A stretch of DNA of 64,000 bases, taken from positions 4,608,001-4,672,000 of the forward strand of contig OZ244170.1 of NCBI GenBank assembly GCA_965216565.1, given 5' to 3'. The translations under genes and the position numbers were made by a program. Origin of the DNA: Bythopirellula sp. Lineage in GTDB: Bacteria > Planctomycetota > Planctomycetia > Pirellulales > Lacipirellulaceae. Positions within the stretch are counted from its first letter, which is position 1; the number at the start of each line of letters is the position of its first letter. The notes under the pieces are model-generated. The model saw nothing but the letters and a program-made list of their open reading frames with translations. It was not told the DNA's origin and did no database searches. Shown here one piece after another: positions 9,970 to 19,393 of the stretch.

Positions 9970-10755
9970 CGCCAAGCCGAGAAGTAGAATACACGCATTG
10001 CAGCTTCCGCCAGGAAGTAGCAACGGGGACCGCCGAAGCGGCCCCGTTACCGCGACCTGTCTTGGATAGGCACAAAGCCCGTCACCACTTTCGTCGTCGC
10101 TCGTGCCCTAAAGCACACAGATGGTTACCAGCCACCTTGAGCAAACGAGCCCGCACTGCCTTGCACGGAAAGTTGCCAATGGCAACCTTGAAGAGCCTTC
10201 GCCCTTCGCATCGCCGAGACTTTCGTCCCGCTACCTACTTGTGGCACACTCCCACTCTTGCGAATTCAAAACACTTGGCTGACTAAGCCAAGCACCGGGA
10301 GCTAATCTCCGGTCTCGCAAGAGCTTCCCTCTTTAGTCACAGACATCGACAATCGATTCACGTCGGTTAGCAGCGTTAGCTGCCGCTTCTCGTAGATACG
10401 TGCTCGCCGCCAGGCGAGTCGCAGTTTCTAGGCGTTCCGAAGGAACGACTAATTTCCCCTTGCGAACATACAAGCTCAGGGTATCCCACTACGAAAAGTT
10501 GTCCCAGTTCGGCACCGTCTCTCCATTGTCTAACGAGCAAGCCCTTACGGGCCTTTCATGGTTGAGCTATTCCCCGCCTGGTTTCCCAGGACGCCGAAGC
10601 TTGTCATCGCTCCGATACCGTGTGTCTCCACACGGCAAGTCCCCACGCTCGCAACGTTGCACCGTCCGCTCAAAGAGCGGATGCAGGCCCCGTCGACAGG
10701 ATTTGCACCTGCTTTGTCTGCGACGGCCTAATACGACTTGCGTCGCACTAGGTTT
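9970..10755 (-). ncRNA. Candidate large structured ncRNA (about 780 nt; GOLLD/ROOL size class or novel)
   Basis: About 15 stem-loops; on the minus strand the loops read GCAA, GAGA, GAAA (twice), GUAA and cUUCGg, several helices need G-U pairs, and there is a tRNA-like T-arm; no credible protein ORF. Confidence 0.75.
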
Positions 10756-11230
10756 TTCAGAGTCGCCCACGATTCAATTAACTATTGGCGAATTTTTTAT
10801 CGGATAGAACTGTGAGATTACTCTGAATGGAAATTGCTTCGAGACAAAGGAAGCAACAATACTCAGGATTAGTTCACAGAGCCTCCGTCGAACCGGACAA
10901 GCCACTCTCATGGCATCCGGCTCTACGGACAGGCAGCGTAAGAAAAAGCTAATTTCTCCCCTTAGCGTGGTTGGTAAGACCACATTTACCGGGAGCTACC
11001 TCCTATCCAAGAAGTCGCTCTACAAACGTTTGCAGCAGCGATACTTCTCTTATGGCCGCGACGAAGAATTGTTTGACTTATTCGCCTACGATATGTCACA
11101 CCTCAAAGTGAGTCACCAATAACAGGCCAAATATCAGTCATGGGTGATGCCGCACTCTGATATGTCGTCCTAGCTCACGGTGACGATGTATTGGTTGCGA
11201 GCATTGCCTGTGCGACTAGGAGGGATATCT

Positions 11231-11560
11231 ATGAAAACAGTACCGTGTCAGAGATTTTGGGAAGGGGCCGTCGGAATCACACTCACGCCACGCCAGCAAA
11301 AAAGCGGCGAATACTTTTGGACGTTTTCGTTTGTGCGTGCCTACAAACGTAAAGACAGCGAGAAATGGGAGTACGCCCAGCACTATGGGCAGAAACATGC
11401 CGAGGCGTTGGGCCAGGTGATGAGTCGAGCATTCCAATTCATGGAGCAGAATGCTCCAAGTCAGTTCGTTGATGAATGGGAGACAGCGAAGGCTGTCGAT
11501 CCAGCCGTAACGCTGGATGGCATGAGCTTCCCAGCAGCCAACGCGACTGCCTCGAATTGA
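11231..11560 (+). CDS. Small putative ssDNA-binding protein (PC4/Whirly-like family common in mobile elements)
   Basis: RBS GGAGGG then ATG at 11231; FWTFSFVRAYK...WEYAQHYG aligns with the ORF at 12875. Confidence 0.6.
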   Translation: MKTVPCQRFWEGAVGITLTPRQQKSGEYFWTFSFVRAYKRKDSEKWEYAQHYGQKHAEALGQVMSRAFQFMEQNAPSQFVDEWETAKAVDPAVTLDGMSFPAANATASN

Positions 11561-11796
11561 TAACTTGTTCTTTCACAATCGAAACCGAGTAGATGACCAC
11601 CCTCTACCGGCCATGTGGCAGGCAACACGATTCGCCTGCGACAGGACCGGTGGTGCATGAGCCTCAAGCAAAGGATTTTTTCTGTACGTTTCTATGCTGA
11701 CTAGCTGTGCCGACGGTTTCGACCGCTGGATACCGCTAACTCAGTGCTGAAGCGTTCACAGTCCACGCACTCTTTTTAGTAGAGAGGAGACTCAAG

Positions 11797-12828
11797 ATGG
11801 TGAATTTGACCAAAGCGAGTCGAGAGTTGTTTCGCAGAACTCCCGACGAGCGGTTTCATTCGTTCGACGCCCTGCTTGCTCATTGCCATGAGCGAAAAGA
11901 ACGTTCGGACGAGCATTGGCAGGTTTCGCAGAACCTTCGCATCGAGCAATCAGCTAACAGCTTGCAGATGCGATTGGAAGACGCGGAAGATGTCACAATG
12001 TCGCTTAGCGACTGGAGCTTTAGTCAGCTCTGCAAGTTGTGCGGCGTCCAAAAGGACACCGTCAACAAACTTACTTCCGAGACGGCATCACGCGTGTTTC
12101 GTGACACGATGCCCCACTCACGGAAGCCACTTCAGGTGTACTCGGCTGACGGTACCGCTTTGGCGGTACACAGCTCAACGTACTCGCGTCTGTTTGACGC
12201 CGAAGTTCTCGAAGCGGTCCGCGAGGCCGCCCCCGATTTTACGCCCCCGCCTACTGGTTTGGGTGGAGCAACGGGACTCTATGCCGGTGAACAAGACATG
12301 TTCGCCTTTGGCATCGACCCCACAGCTTGGGTAGAAATCGGCGGTGAGAATTTCGCACCCGGCTTCTTTGTGTGGAATTCGGAAGTGGGTAAGCGTTCGG
12401 TCGGCGTTCAGACGTTCTGGTATCAGGAAATCTGCCAGAACCATATCGTCTGGGACGCCATCGAAGTGGTCGAGCTAAAGCGACGCCATATCGGCAACGT
12501 CCAAGATGCCTTGGACGATGTCCGCGAGACGATTGCACAGCTAGTGAAGAAACGCGACGAACGTCGCGACTCTTTTGCTACTGGCATTAAGCTCGCAATG
12601 GAAACCCCCTTCGGCAACGATGCCGAAGAAGTTTGCAATGTGCTAGGCAAGCACGGCGTTAGCTCCCGACTAGCGGAGCAAGTCGTACAGCTCGCTGGGC
12701 AACAAGCATCGTTTTCGGTGTTTGGCATTGTGGACGCTTTGACGCGGATTGCCGGTCGTTATGAAAACGCCGGTGACCGTTTACTTGTGGACCAAAAGGC
12801 AGCCTCGCTTTTGAGCCTGGCTGTCTAG
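11797..12828 (+). CDS. DUF932 domain-containing protein
   Basis: RBS GAGGAG; LTKASRELFRRTPDERF, DWSFSQLC, GFFVWNSEVG, C.NHIVW..RRH.G. Confidence 0.8.
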   Translation: MVNLTKASRELFRRTPDERFHSFDALLAHCHERKERSDEHWQVSQNLRIEQSANSLQMRLEDAEDVTMSLSDWSFSQLCKLCGVQKDTVNKLTSETASRVFRDTMPHSRKPLQVYSADGTALAVHSSTYSRLFDAEVLEAVREAAPDFTPPPTGLGGATGLYAGEQDMFAFGIDPTAWVEIGGENFAPGFFVWNSEVGKRSVGVQTFWYQEICQNHIVWDAIEVVELKRRHIGNVQDALDDVRETIAQLVKKRDERRDSFATGIKLAMETPFGNDAEEVCNVLGKHGVSSRLAEQVVQLAGQQASFSVFGIVDALTRIAGRYENAGDRLLVDQKAASLLSLAV

Positions 12829-12874
12829 GTCCTTTTTCTCTGTCCTCCATTTAGGCAAGAAAGGAGATGATACG

Positions 12875-13108
12875 ATGTCGGAAAACAATCGACCCGTTCA
12901 TCAAGTCCGTATTGGTAAAATTAAGGCCGCTGTTTTTGAGAACGGCGACAACGCTCCTCGCAAGGTCCAGTTCACCGCCCTCTACAAAGAAGGAGATGAG
13001 TGGCGAGGTTCAGCTAGTTTTGCTCGTGAGGATTTGCCGTTGCTTATGAAAGTAGCGGACCAAGTCCACAGTTACCTGTACGAGCAGAACGGTTCTGCTG
13101 GCCAGTAA
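12875..13108 (+). CDS. Small putative ssDNA-binding protein (PC4/Whirly-like)
   Basis: RBS AAGGAG; PVHQVRIGKIKAAVFEN...LYKEGDEWRGSASFAREDLPLLMKVADQVH. Confidence 0.7.
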   Translation: MSENNRPVHQVRIGKIKAAVFENGDNAPRKVQFTALYKEGDEWRGSASFAREDLPLLMKVADQVHSYLYEQNGSAGQ

Positions 13109-13623
13109 GGTTTCTTGAGGCCAACCATGCACCACCGGCCTCTCAGTAAGGAAAGACCGAGCGTATCCTCAGTTGACACGAAAGAACTGGGATACACTGG
13201 AAAAACCATTAAGCGGCTTGTCAGCCGAACTCTCTAACGTCCGTTTCTGGCGTCGGATTTACACTCTCCGCATCTAAGCTAACCAGCTTGGCCGCTTCGG
13301 GTTATCCATCTTTAGTAGACTAAAAATTCACATCTGTGCGTGAAGTGAACGACACTTCTGCGAGTTGATCACAAGTCCGTTTCCGAGAGCGTGACATCTC
13401 TCGAAGGAATCGATTTGTTTGAGGTCGTGCTAGAATTCGATCGTAGATAAGTTCGACAACGTCGAGTGCCGCTCTTATCGAGTTCATCACCCGCGCTCAT
13501 TGAACGCAACTTTTCGTGCATCCTTAAAGCCTGCTGGTCGGCTTGACTGTTTTGGACCAGCCTTAGGATCATTCCGAAAAAAAGTGTCCGACACTTATTC
13601 TATGCTCGTCGCTTACGTGTCCA

Positions 13624-16600
13624 TCAGCTTGCTCGAACTACGTCTCGAGAATGGACAGCGATTGGCACGCGGGATTTTTCCTCACGCTGTTCTTCGATTT
13701 CCTTGGCTTCTTCCTCTACTTCATGAAAGGGCGGACCTGTGCCCTGCTGCTGGTCGGTTCCACCTAGCCACCGCCGTACCGTGCTACCGGCATCGTCCAG
13801 CAGGCTGTAAACAACTGGGATGACGACCAGCGTCAGCAACGTTGAAGTGAGCATTCCACCGATCACACAGGCACCCATTGGCTGGCGAGTTTCTGAGCCA
13901 GCGCCCAGGCCGATTGCGATAGGGATCATGCCGGCGATCGTCGAAAACGCAGTCATTAAAATGGGACGCAAACGAACCGGACCAGCCTTAAGTAGTGCCG
14001 CTTTCGTTTCCATGCCGGATTCGCGACGAAGTTGATTCGTATAATCGACCAACAAAATCGCATTTTTAGTCACCAGCCCCATCAACATCACCATGCCGAT
14101 CATGCTGTAAATGTTCAATGTCAGTCCAGTGAGCGCTAACGCGCCAAGTGCTCCCCCGATGGACAATGGCACCGAAAGCATGATGGTCACTGGATGAATG
14201 AAGCTTTCGAACTGAGAAGCCAGCACCATGTAGATTAATACCACAGCGAGCAACAAAGAGAAGATGATGCTTGCAAACGAGTCGGCCATCATGTCACCGG
14301 CACCGGTGAAGGCACTGACCACTCCTGGCGGGAGACCGACATCTTTCTCAATGGCTAATACATCGGTCATCGCCGCTCCCAGTGCCTTAGACTTTTCAAG
14401 GTTCGCCATGATGGTGACTTGACGCTGACGATTCTGACGGTCGATTTGAACGGGGCCGGTTCCTTCCACGACTTCGGCGAGACTGCGAAACTCAACTAAT
14501 TGTCCGTCGCCCGTGCGGACGGGCAATGCGGCAATCGCGTCGGAACGGTTCCGGTCTCCCTCGGCTAGACGCACGCGGACGTCATAACTCTTGCCGCCTT
14601 CTTCAAACGTGCTGACTGGGCGCCCACCGACAAGAGTTTGCACAGCTTTTCCCAACAGCTCGATGTTGACTCCCAGGTCTGCTGCCCGTTCGCGGTCCGG
14701 CAAAATAGCGACTTCCGGCTTGCTGGAATCATACGTCAGATTGACATCGACGATCCCTGGGATTTCGCGCATGCGTTGCGTGATTTCAATCGCCGTCTCT
14801 TCCAGCTTACTAATATCTGGTCCACGAACATTGTATTGCAGAGGGGCAGAACGGAAGCCTCCGCCGGAAACACGCGGGATGTACTCAATGCTGATTTTGG
14901 AGTGCGTTAAGTCTTCCACACACTCCCTTGCCAGTCCCATGATTTCGTGTTGACTCATAGGACGCTCCGACTTGTCCGGCAACTGCACCAGGATCATGCC
15001 GTAATTCACACGTCCTTCTTGACCGGCTCCTATGGTGGAGTAGAGATTTGTCACGTAAGGCAGGTTCCGCAGTCGTTGCTCAACTTCTTCGAGAATCCGA
15101 CTGGTTCGGTCGATAGAGGAACCGAGTGGCGTCTCCACCTGAACATTGAACTGGCCTTCATCTTGGGCGGGCGTAAACTCGGTTCCGACCAGAGGCAGCA
15201 ACATGAGGCTGCCAACAAAAACACCAACTGCGATAATTGAAACCAACCAGCGAAAGCGTAATGAGAACCACAGCGTCCCACCGTAAAGCCACTCGATACC
15301 CGTGAAGAATCGCTCGACGAGATTAAACATCAACCCACGCTTCGGAGCGACTTTTAGCACTCGTGAGCAGAGCATCGGGGAGAGCCAGACCGCGACGAAT
15401 GTCGAGACCACCACCGCAAATGTCACAGTGAGTCCAAATTCATAGAAGAAGCGCCCGACCAGCCCATCCATGAACGCCACCGGGATGAAAACGGCAACAA
15501 TTGCCAAAGAGGTCGCGATAACCGCAAAGCCAATCTCCGAGATGCCTGCCAATGCGGCTGCCATTCGAGACTTGCCCTCTTCCATATGGCGAAAGGAGTT
15601 TTCCAAAACCACAATTGAGTCGTCGACGACCATCCCGACTGATATGCTTAGTGCCAACAGCGACATCATGTTGAGAGAGAATCCGAAGGCGAGCATGAAG
15701 GCATACGTCGTGATGATCGTCACGGGAATTGTCACTGCGGCGACAAACGCCGCACGCCAATTCCGCAGAAATATGAGGATCACCAGCACCGCCAGGAAAC
15801 CACCTCGCAACAACTCTCCCTGAGCTTCATTGACGCTGTCGGCTACGAACAGCGACAAGTCCTGGGTCAGCGTCATGCTGTAATGCGAGGGTAGCTCTGC
15901 CTTGATCGAGGCTAATCGCTCGTTGACCCCTGAAGCGACCGCCAACATGTTTTCGCCTGATTGTCGACGGACTTGCAATGAAACTGCCCGCTGGCCGTTG
16001 AGCCGCGATAGGCTGCGGAAGTCTTCCATGCCGTCTTCAACGGTGGCGACGTCCTTTAAGCGAATCGGTGTGACACCGCGTGTTGTCACCACAATATCTT
16101 CAAAGTCCTTCGAGGTTGTAATTCGTCCTTTTGTCTTGACGACGAGTTCCCGCGTATCCGCCTCCACTCGGCCGCCGGGATACTCCACGTTTTGCTTTTC
16201 GATCGCTTCCACGACCTCGGTGGCCGTCACCTGATAACTCCGCAAGTCATCGACTCGCAGCCAGATACGCACCTCCCGTTCGCGACCACCGACAATCTGG
16301 ACAGCGCCTACGCCGTTGACCCCTTCAATCTGAGGTTTGATGACATCATCCGCATAGCGTGTCAGTTCTCGGATCGATTCTGGTCCCGCCAGTGTAATCG
16401 CCATGATCGGGGCTGAATCCGGGTCGAACTTCTCGATGACCGGCTCTTCGATTCCAAGGGGAAGTTCTGCGCGGATGGCTGCAACTTTGTCTCGAACATC
16501 TTGTGCCGCTACGTTAATGTCGCGGCCCAGTTCAAACTCGACAAACGTCATTGACAGGCCAGTGACGCTCTCACTGCGCAGCGATTTGATGCCACTGATG

Positions 16601-16818
16601 GTGTTGACAGCCTCTTCGATCGTGTCAGTGACATCCGTCTCGATGGTTTCCGGATCAGAACCTTCGTAGAACACAGACACCGTAACGATTGGAAAGTCGA
16701 CACTCGGGAACAGATCGATTCCAATGCGGAAGTAAGCCACCAAGCCAAAGACGACCATGGCCGCGATGACCATGACTGAAAAGACCGGGCGAGTGATAGA
16801 AAGTTCGGAGATCTTCAT
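13624..16818 (-). CDS. RND efflux permease (AcrB/AcrD/AcrF family)
   Basis: 1064 aa; RPVFS, GMVVDDSIVVLEN, KNAILLVD, RLRPILMT. Confidence 0.95.
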   Translation of the reverse strand: MKISELSITRPVFSVMVIAAMVVFGLVAYFRIGIDLFPSVDFPIVTVSVFYEGSDPETIETDVTDTIEEAVNTISGIKSLRSESVTGLSMTFVEFELGRDINVAAQDVRDKVAAIRAELPLGIEEPVIEKFDPDSAPIMAITLAGPESIRELTRYADDVIKPQIEGVNGVGAVQIVGGREREVRIWLRVDDLRSYQVTATEVVEAIEKQNVEYPGGRVEADTRELVVKTKGRITTSKDFEDIVVTTRGVTPIRLKDVATVEDGMEDFRSLSRLNGQRAVSLQVRRQSGENMLAVASGVNERLASIKAELPSHYSMTLTQDLSLFVADSVNEAQGELLRGGFLAVLVILIFLRNWRAAFVAAVTIPVTIITTYAFMLAFGFSLNMMSLLALSISVGMVVDDSIVVLENSFRHMEEGKSRMAAALAGISEIGFAVIATSLAIVAVFIPVAFMDGLVGRFFYEFGLTVTFAVVVSTFVAVWLSPMLCSRVLKVAPKRGLMFNLVERFFTGIEWLYGGTLWFSLRFRWLVSIIAVGVFVGSLMLLPLVGTEFTPAQDEGQFNVQVETPLGSSIDRTSRILEEVEQRLRNLPYVTNLYSTIGAGQEGRVNYGMILVQLPDKSERPMSQHEIMGLARECVEDLTHSKISIEYIPRVSGGGFRSAPLQYNVRGPDISKLEETAIEITQRMREIPGIVDVNLTYDSSKPEVAILPDRERAADLGVNIELLGKAVQTLVGGRPVSTFEEGGKSYDVRVRLAEGDRNRSDAIAALPVRTGDGQLVEFRSLAEVVEGTGPVQIDRQNRQRQVTIMANLEKSKALGAAMTDVLAIEKDVGLPPGVVSAFTGAGDMMADSFASIIFSLLLAVVLIYMVLASQFESFIHPVTIMLSVPLSIGGALGALALTGLTLNIYSMIGMVMLMGLVTKNAILLVDYTNQLRRESGMETKAALLKAGPVRLRPILMTAFSTIAGMIPIAIGLGAGSETRQPMGACVIGGMLTSTLLTLVVIPVVYSLLDDAGSTVRRWLGGTDQQQGTGPPFHEVEEEAKEIEEQREEKSRVPIAVHSRDVVRAS

Positions 16819-18242
16819 CGGTGACTGTCTCCCGCGCTCGCTGCGGTCAATGCGTGTTTCTGGTACTCAACCTCCACATTCCGCTGCCCTTCTGCGGGTT
16901 GAACCTGCATGCCGTCGGCAAGGATTGCAGGATCCTGGAGCACGATCCGCTCCCCTTCAGCCAATCCATCAATCACTTCTGTGACGCCGTTTCCCGCTAG
17001 TCCGATACGAACAGGCCGTTGTGTAACACGCTGTGAATCAGAGTTGTAGACAAACACTTGGGGCTGTCCTCCGAAGTACACTAAAGCTGGTGTCGGGACG
17101 ATCAGAGCCTGAGTTGCGGAATCGACTCCAAACGCCACTTTGGCAAACTGACCAGCCTTGAATGTTCGCTTATGGTTTTCAACCGCAACGCGGACTCGGA
17201 ATGTTCGTGTTGCGTGGTCTATTTTTTCATTGACGAGGACGACTACTCCGGGCACGGACTCAACGGTTCCAGCAGCTTCGACTTTCACAAACTGACCGAT
17301 TTCAACGCGTCCCAAGTAACGCTCCGGGATGGCAACCTGCGCGATTACCAGACTCAGGTCCATCAATTCCATCAATTCGACGCGCGGTTGCGACGTCACT
17401 CGCTCTCCCATTTCGACGAACCGGTCCACGATGACCGCATCATAAGGTGCCCGAATGACCGTCTTCTGGAGACGGTCTTCCTTGATCTGCACGTCCACTT
17501 CAGCCTGCGACACCAGAGCACGCAGCACGGCGATCTCTGCCTCAGTCGGACCAGCCTGTGCCTCTGCCAAGTCGGCGTCAGCACGTTCCACATCCGCCCG
17601 CGCTGAGCGAAGTTCGGATTGAATCCGCGAGTATTCTTGTTCGGAAGTGGCTCTTTGACCAATCAGCGTTTCCACACGTTTGAAATCGCCTTCTGCACGT
17701 TCCGCACGGGCGACAGCGTCTTGGCGGGCCGCCTTGAGGCGGCGGATCTCTTCGGGCCTCTTCCAAGCAAGCAGGTTTTCCAGGTCTTTTTGAGTCTTAT
17801 ACAGCTTTGATTTTGCGGAGGCCAATTCCAATTCGTATTCAGTAGGATCGAGTTGAATGAGAATATCTCCCTGAGCCACAGGCTGACCAAGGTCCAAACC
17901 AAGATTCTCGGAATACTTACGCCCTTCGATTTCGACATCGATTTTCCGAGGCGATCGAGGAATGGATTGAATGACGCCGTCCACTTCAGCAACCACAATT
18001 GTCCGCCGCCGTGGTAGTAAGTTTCCTGTCAATTCAAGTGTCGTGGAGACTTCTCCCCGCTCAACGGTCGTCAGTTCAACCGCCATAGCTGGAAACTCAC
18101 CACGCTGCGCGTCGCGAGTGGCAGTTTCGGAATCCGGCGAGCCTTCTCCAGCCCAGGGGCGAATCACGAATAGCAGGCCAATCAGCCCGATGGTCATCAA
18201 CAATCCTATCGCCGTGCCGAGCCACTTCCATTTACTTGCCAT
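16815..18242 (-). CDS. RND periplasmic adaptor (membrane fusion protein)
   Basis: N-terminal TM, long coiled coil, IRAPYDAVI, TRTFRVRV; overlaps the permease start. Confidence 0.92.
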   Translation of the reverse strand: MASKWKWLGTAIGLLMTIGLIGLLFVIRPWAGEGSPDSETATRDAQRGEFPAMAVELTTVERGEVSTTLELTGNLLPRRRTIVVAEVDGVIQSIPRSPRKIDVEIEGRKYSENLGLDLGQPVAQGDILIQLDPTEYELELASAKSKLYKTQKDLENLLAWKRPEEIRRLKAARQDAVARAERAEGDFKRVETLIGQRATSEQEYSRIQSELRSARADVERADADLAEAQAGPTEAEIAVLRALVSQAEVDVQIKEDRLQKTVIRAPYDAVIVDRFVEMGERVTSQPRVELMELMDLSLVIAQVAIPERYLGRVEIGQFVKVEAAGTVESVPGVVVLVNEKIDHATRTFRVRVAVENHKRTFKAGQFAKVAFGVDSATQALIVPTPALVYFGGQPQVFVYNSDSQRVTQRPVRIGLAGNGVTEVIDGLAEGERIVLQDPAILADGMQVQPAEGQRNVEVEYQKHALTAASAGDSHR

Positions 18243-18885
18243 GCTTCGCGTCCTCCTGTTGAATCAGAATCCCATGGAAGAAGACATTCAAAATGCTCTC
18301 GCACTGGCTGGCCAAGTTCGACTTGCGACCGGCGAAGTAGTTCGTGAACATCGTTCCGTAGAGCAGGTCGGTAATGACCTCGATGATTTGTTCGACGGGC
18401 TGGTCGCGCACGACTCCCTCATCAATCAATCCCCGAAACAATTCTCGCCACGGTCCCAGATTGGCCTCGCGATGAACGAAATAGGTCGGTTGCTTCCGGT
18501 CGCGGAAGTGGGCGCGTTCGTGGATCAGCAACTCGACGATTTCGGGATTCTTGTCGAAGAAAGTCAGGTAGCCACGAACTCCTTGGGCGATGCGCTCCAG
18601 TGGATGCTTAGCTTTCGTGGCCGCCGCGTCGACGGCTTGCTTGAGGTTTCGCATCCCGTGGTCCACCGCCGCGAGGAAGAGTTCTTCCTTGCTGGGGAAG
18701 TAGCGATAAACGGTTCCCTTGCCGACACCCGCTTTGTTGGCAATTTCCTGGACATCAGCCGCCGCGAACCCGTGTTCCGCGAAGACGGTCGTGGCAGCGT
18801 CGAGGATTTCCGCTCGCCGGCGTCCCTGAAGATCGGTATCGGGAGGGCGACCCACTGGGCGGGAATTTCTAAACACGACTGGCAT
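18232..18885 (-). CDS. TetR/AcrR family regulator
   Basis: ILDAATTVFAEHGF...IANKAGVGKGTVYRYFPSKEELF. Confidence 0.95.
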   Translation of the reverse strand: MPVVFRNSRPVGRPPDTDLQGRRRAEILDAATTVFAEHGFAAADVQEIANKAGVGKGTVYRYFPSKEELFLAAVDHGMRNLKQAVDAAATKAKHPLERIAQGVRGYLTFFDKNPEIVELLIHERAHFRDRKQPTYFVHREANLGPWRELFRGLIDEGVVRDQPVEQIIEVITDLLYGTMFTNYFAGRKSNLASQCESILNVFFHGILIQQEDAKHGK

Positions 18886-18915
18886 GGTCAGTAACCTCCT
18901 ATAACACTGGCTTAT

Positions 18916-18972
18916 TAACGGACCGGTGCGTCCACTAACGGATTATTGTACTGGCTTTCCATCTTGCGTCAA
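18916..18972 (-). promoter_or_regulatory. Sigma70-like promoter and TetR-operator-like site for the tetR-adaptor-RND operon
   Basis: Minus-strand TTGACG-N16-TACAAT (18972-18945); TAACGGACCGGTGCGTCC (18916-18933) matches the 24573 palindrome at 14/18. Confidence 0.6.
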
Positions 18973-19164
18973 TCTCAGCTTCTTTGCGGCGGACCGATTG
19001 GGGAATTTTCAGCGGTAGATCGACCTGGACGGAACGCTCGGAAGCCATGAATGCGGTTCACAATCTCACAGGAGTTCGTGGCCACGGACGGGAATCGAGG
19101 GCAATGTAAATGCCATTGAGTCAAAACGAGAACTCATTCGTTATTGCCAGCGTATGTCATCGTT

Positions 19165-19393
19165 CGCAGCCACTCGCAAGGTACCAGCGGCACGCACTTG
19201 TACCATGCATTAGAAAAGGGACGACAAAGCGAGGGCAGCGGCTTGGGGCAGTAGTCGTCTCGACAACAAGACTTTGCAGGGCGCGGCAGAACCAAGTATG
19301 GTTTCGGACAATACTTGTCGGGACAGCAGCACGTAACCGGAGAGACGCAGGGTGCGGGTTTGCGGATGTAGTCGTTGGGGCAACACAATAGGG
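19165..19393. repeat. Copy A of an approximately 230-bp direct repeat (3' part of the Cys-rich gene)
   Basis: Aligns by eye with 22338-22565, with scattered substitutions. Confidence 0.9.

Noticed and set aside
9970..10755. Group II intron reading of the structured region (minus-strand GTGCG near 10748, GGTGCAAATCC motif)
   Set aside because: No recognisable domain V or RT/maturase ORF; the GTGCG lies inside a local hairpin and no gene is interrupted
9873..10807. Plus-strand ORFs 9873-10286 and 10400-10807, minus-strand ORF 10567-10770
   Set aside because: No RBS or recognisable domain; Arg/Ser/Pro-rich as expected from reading through GC-rich hairpins
10760..11230. Possible oriT or ORF 10910-11122 in the divergent intergenic region
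   Set aside because: No recognisable nic site or convincing coding signal; cannot be supported from sequence alone
17971..18894. 307-aa plus-strand ORF
   Set aside because: Antisense shadow of the TetR and adaptor genes
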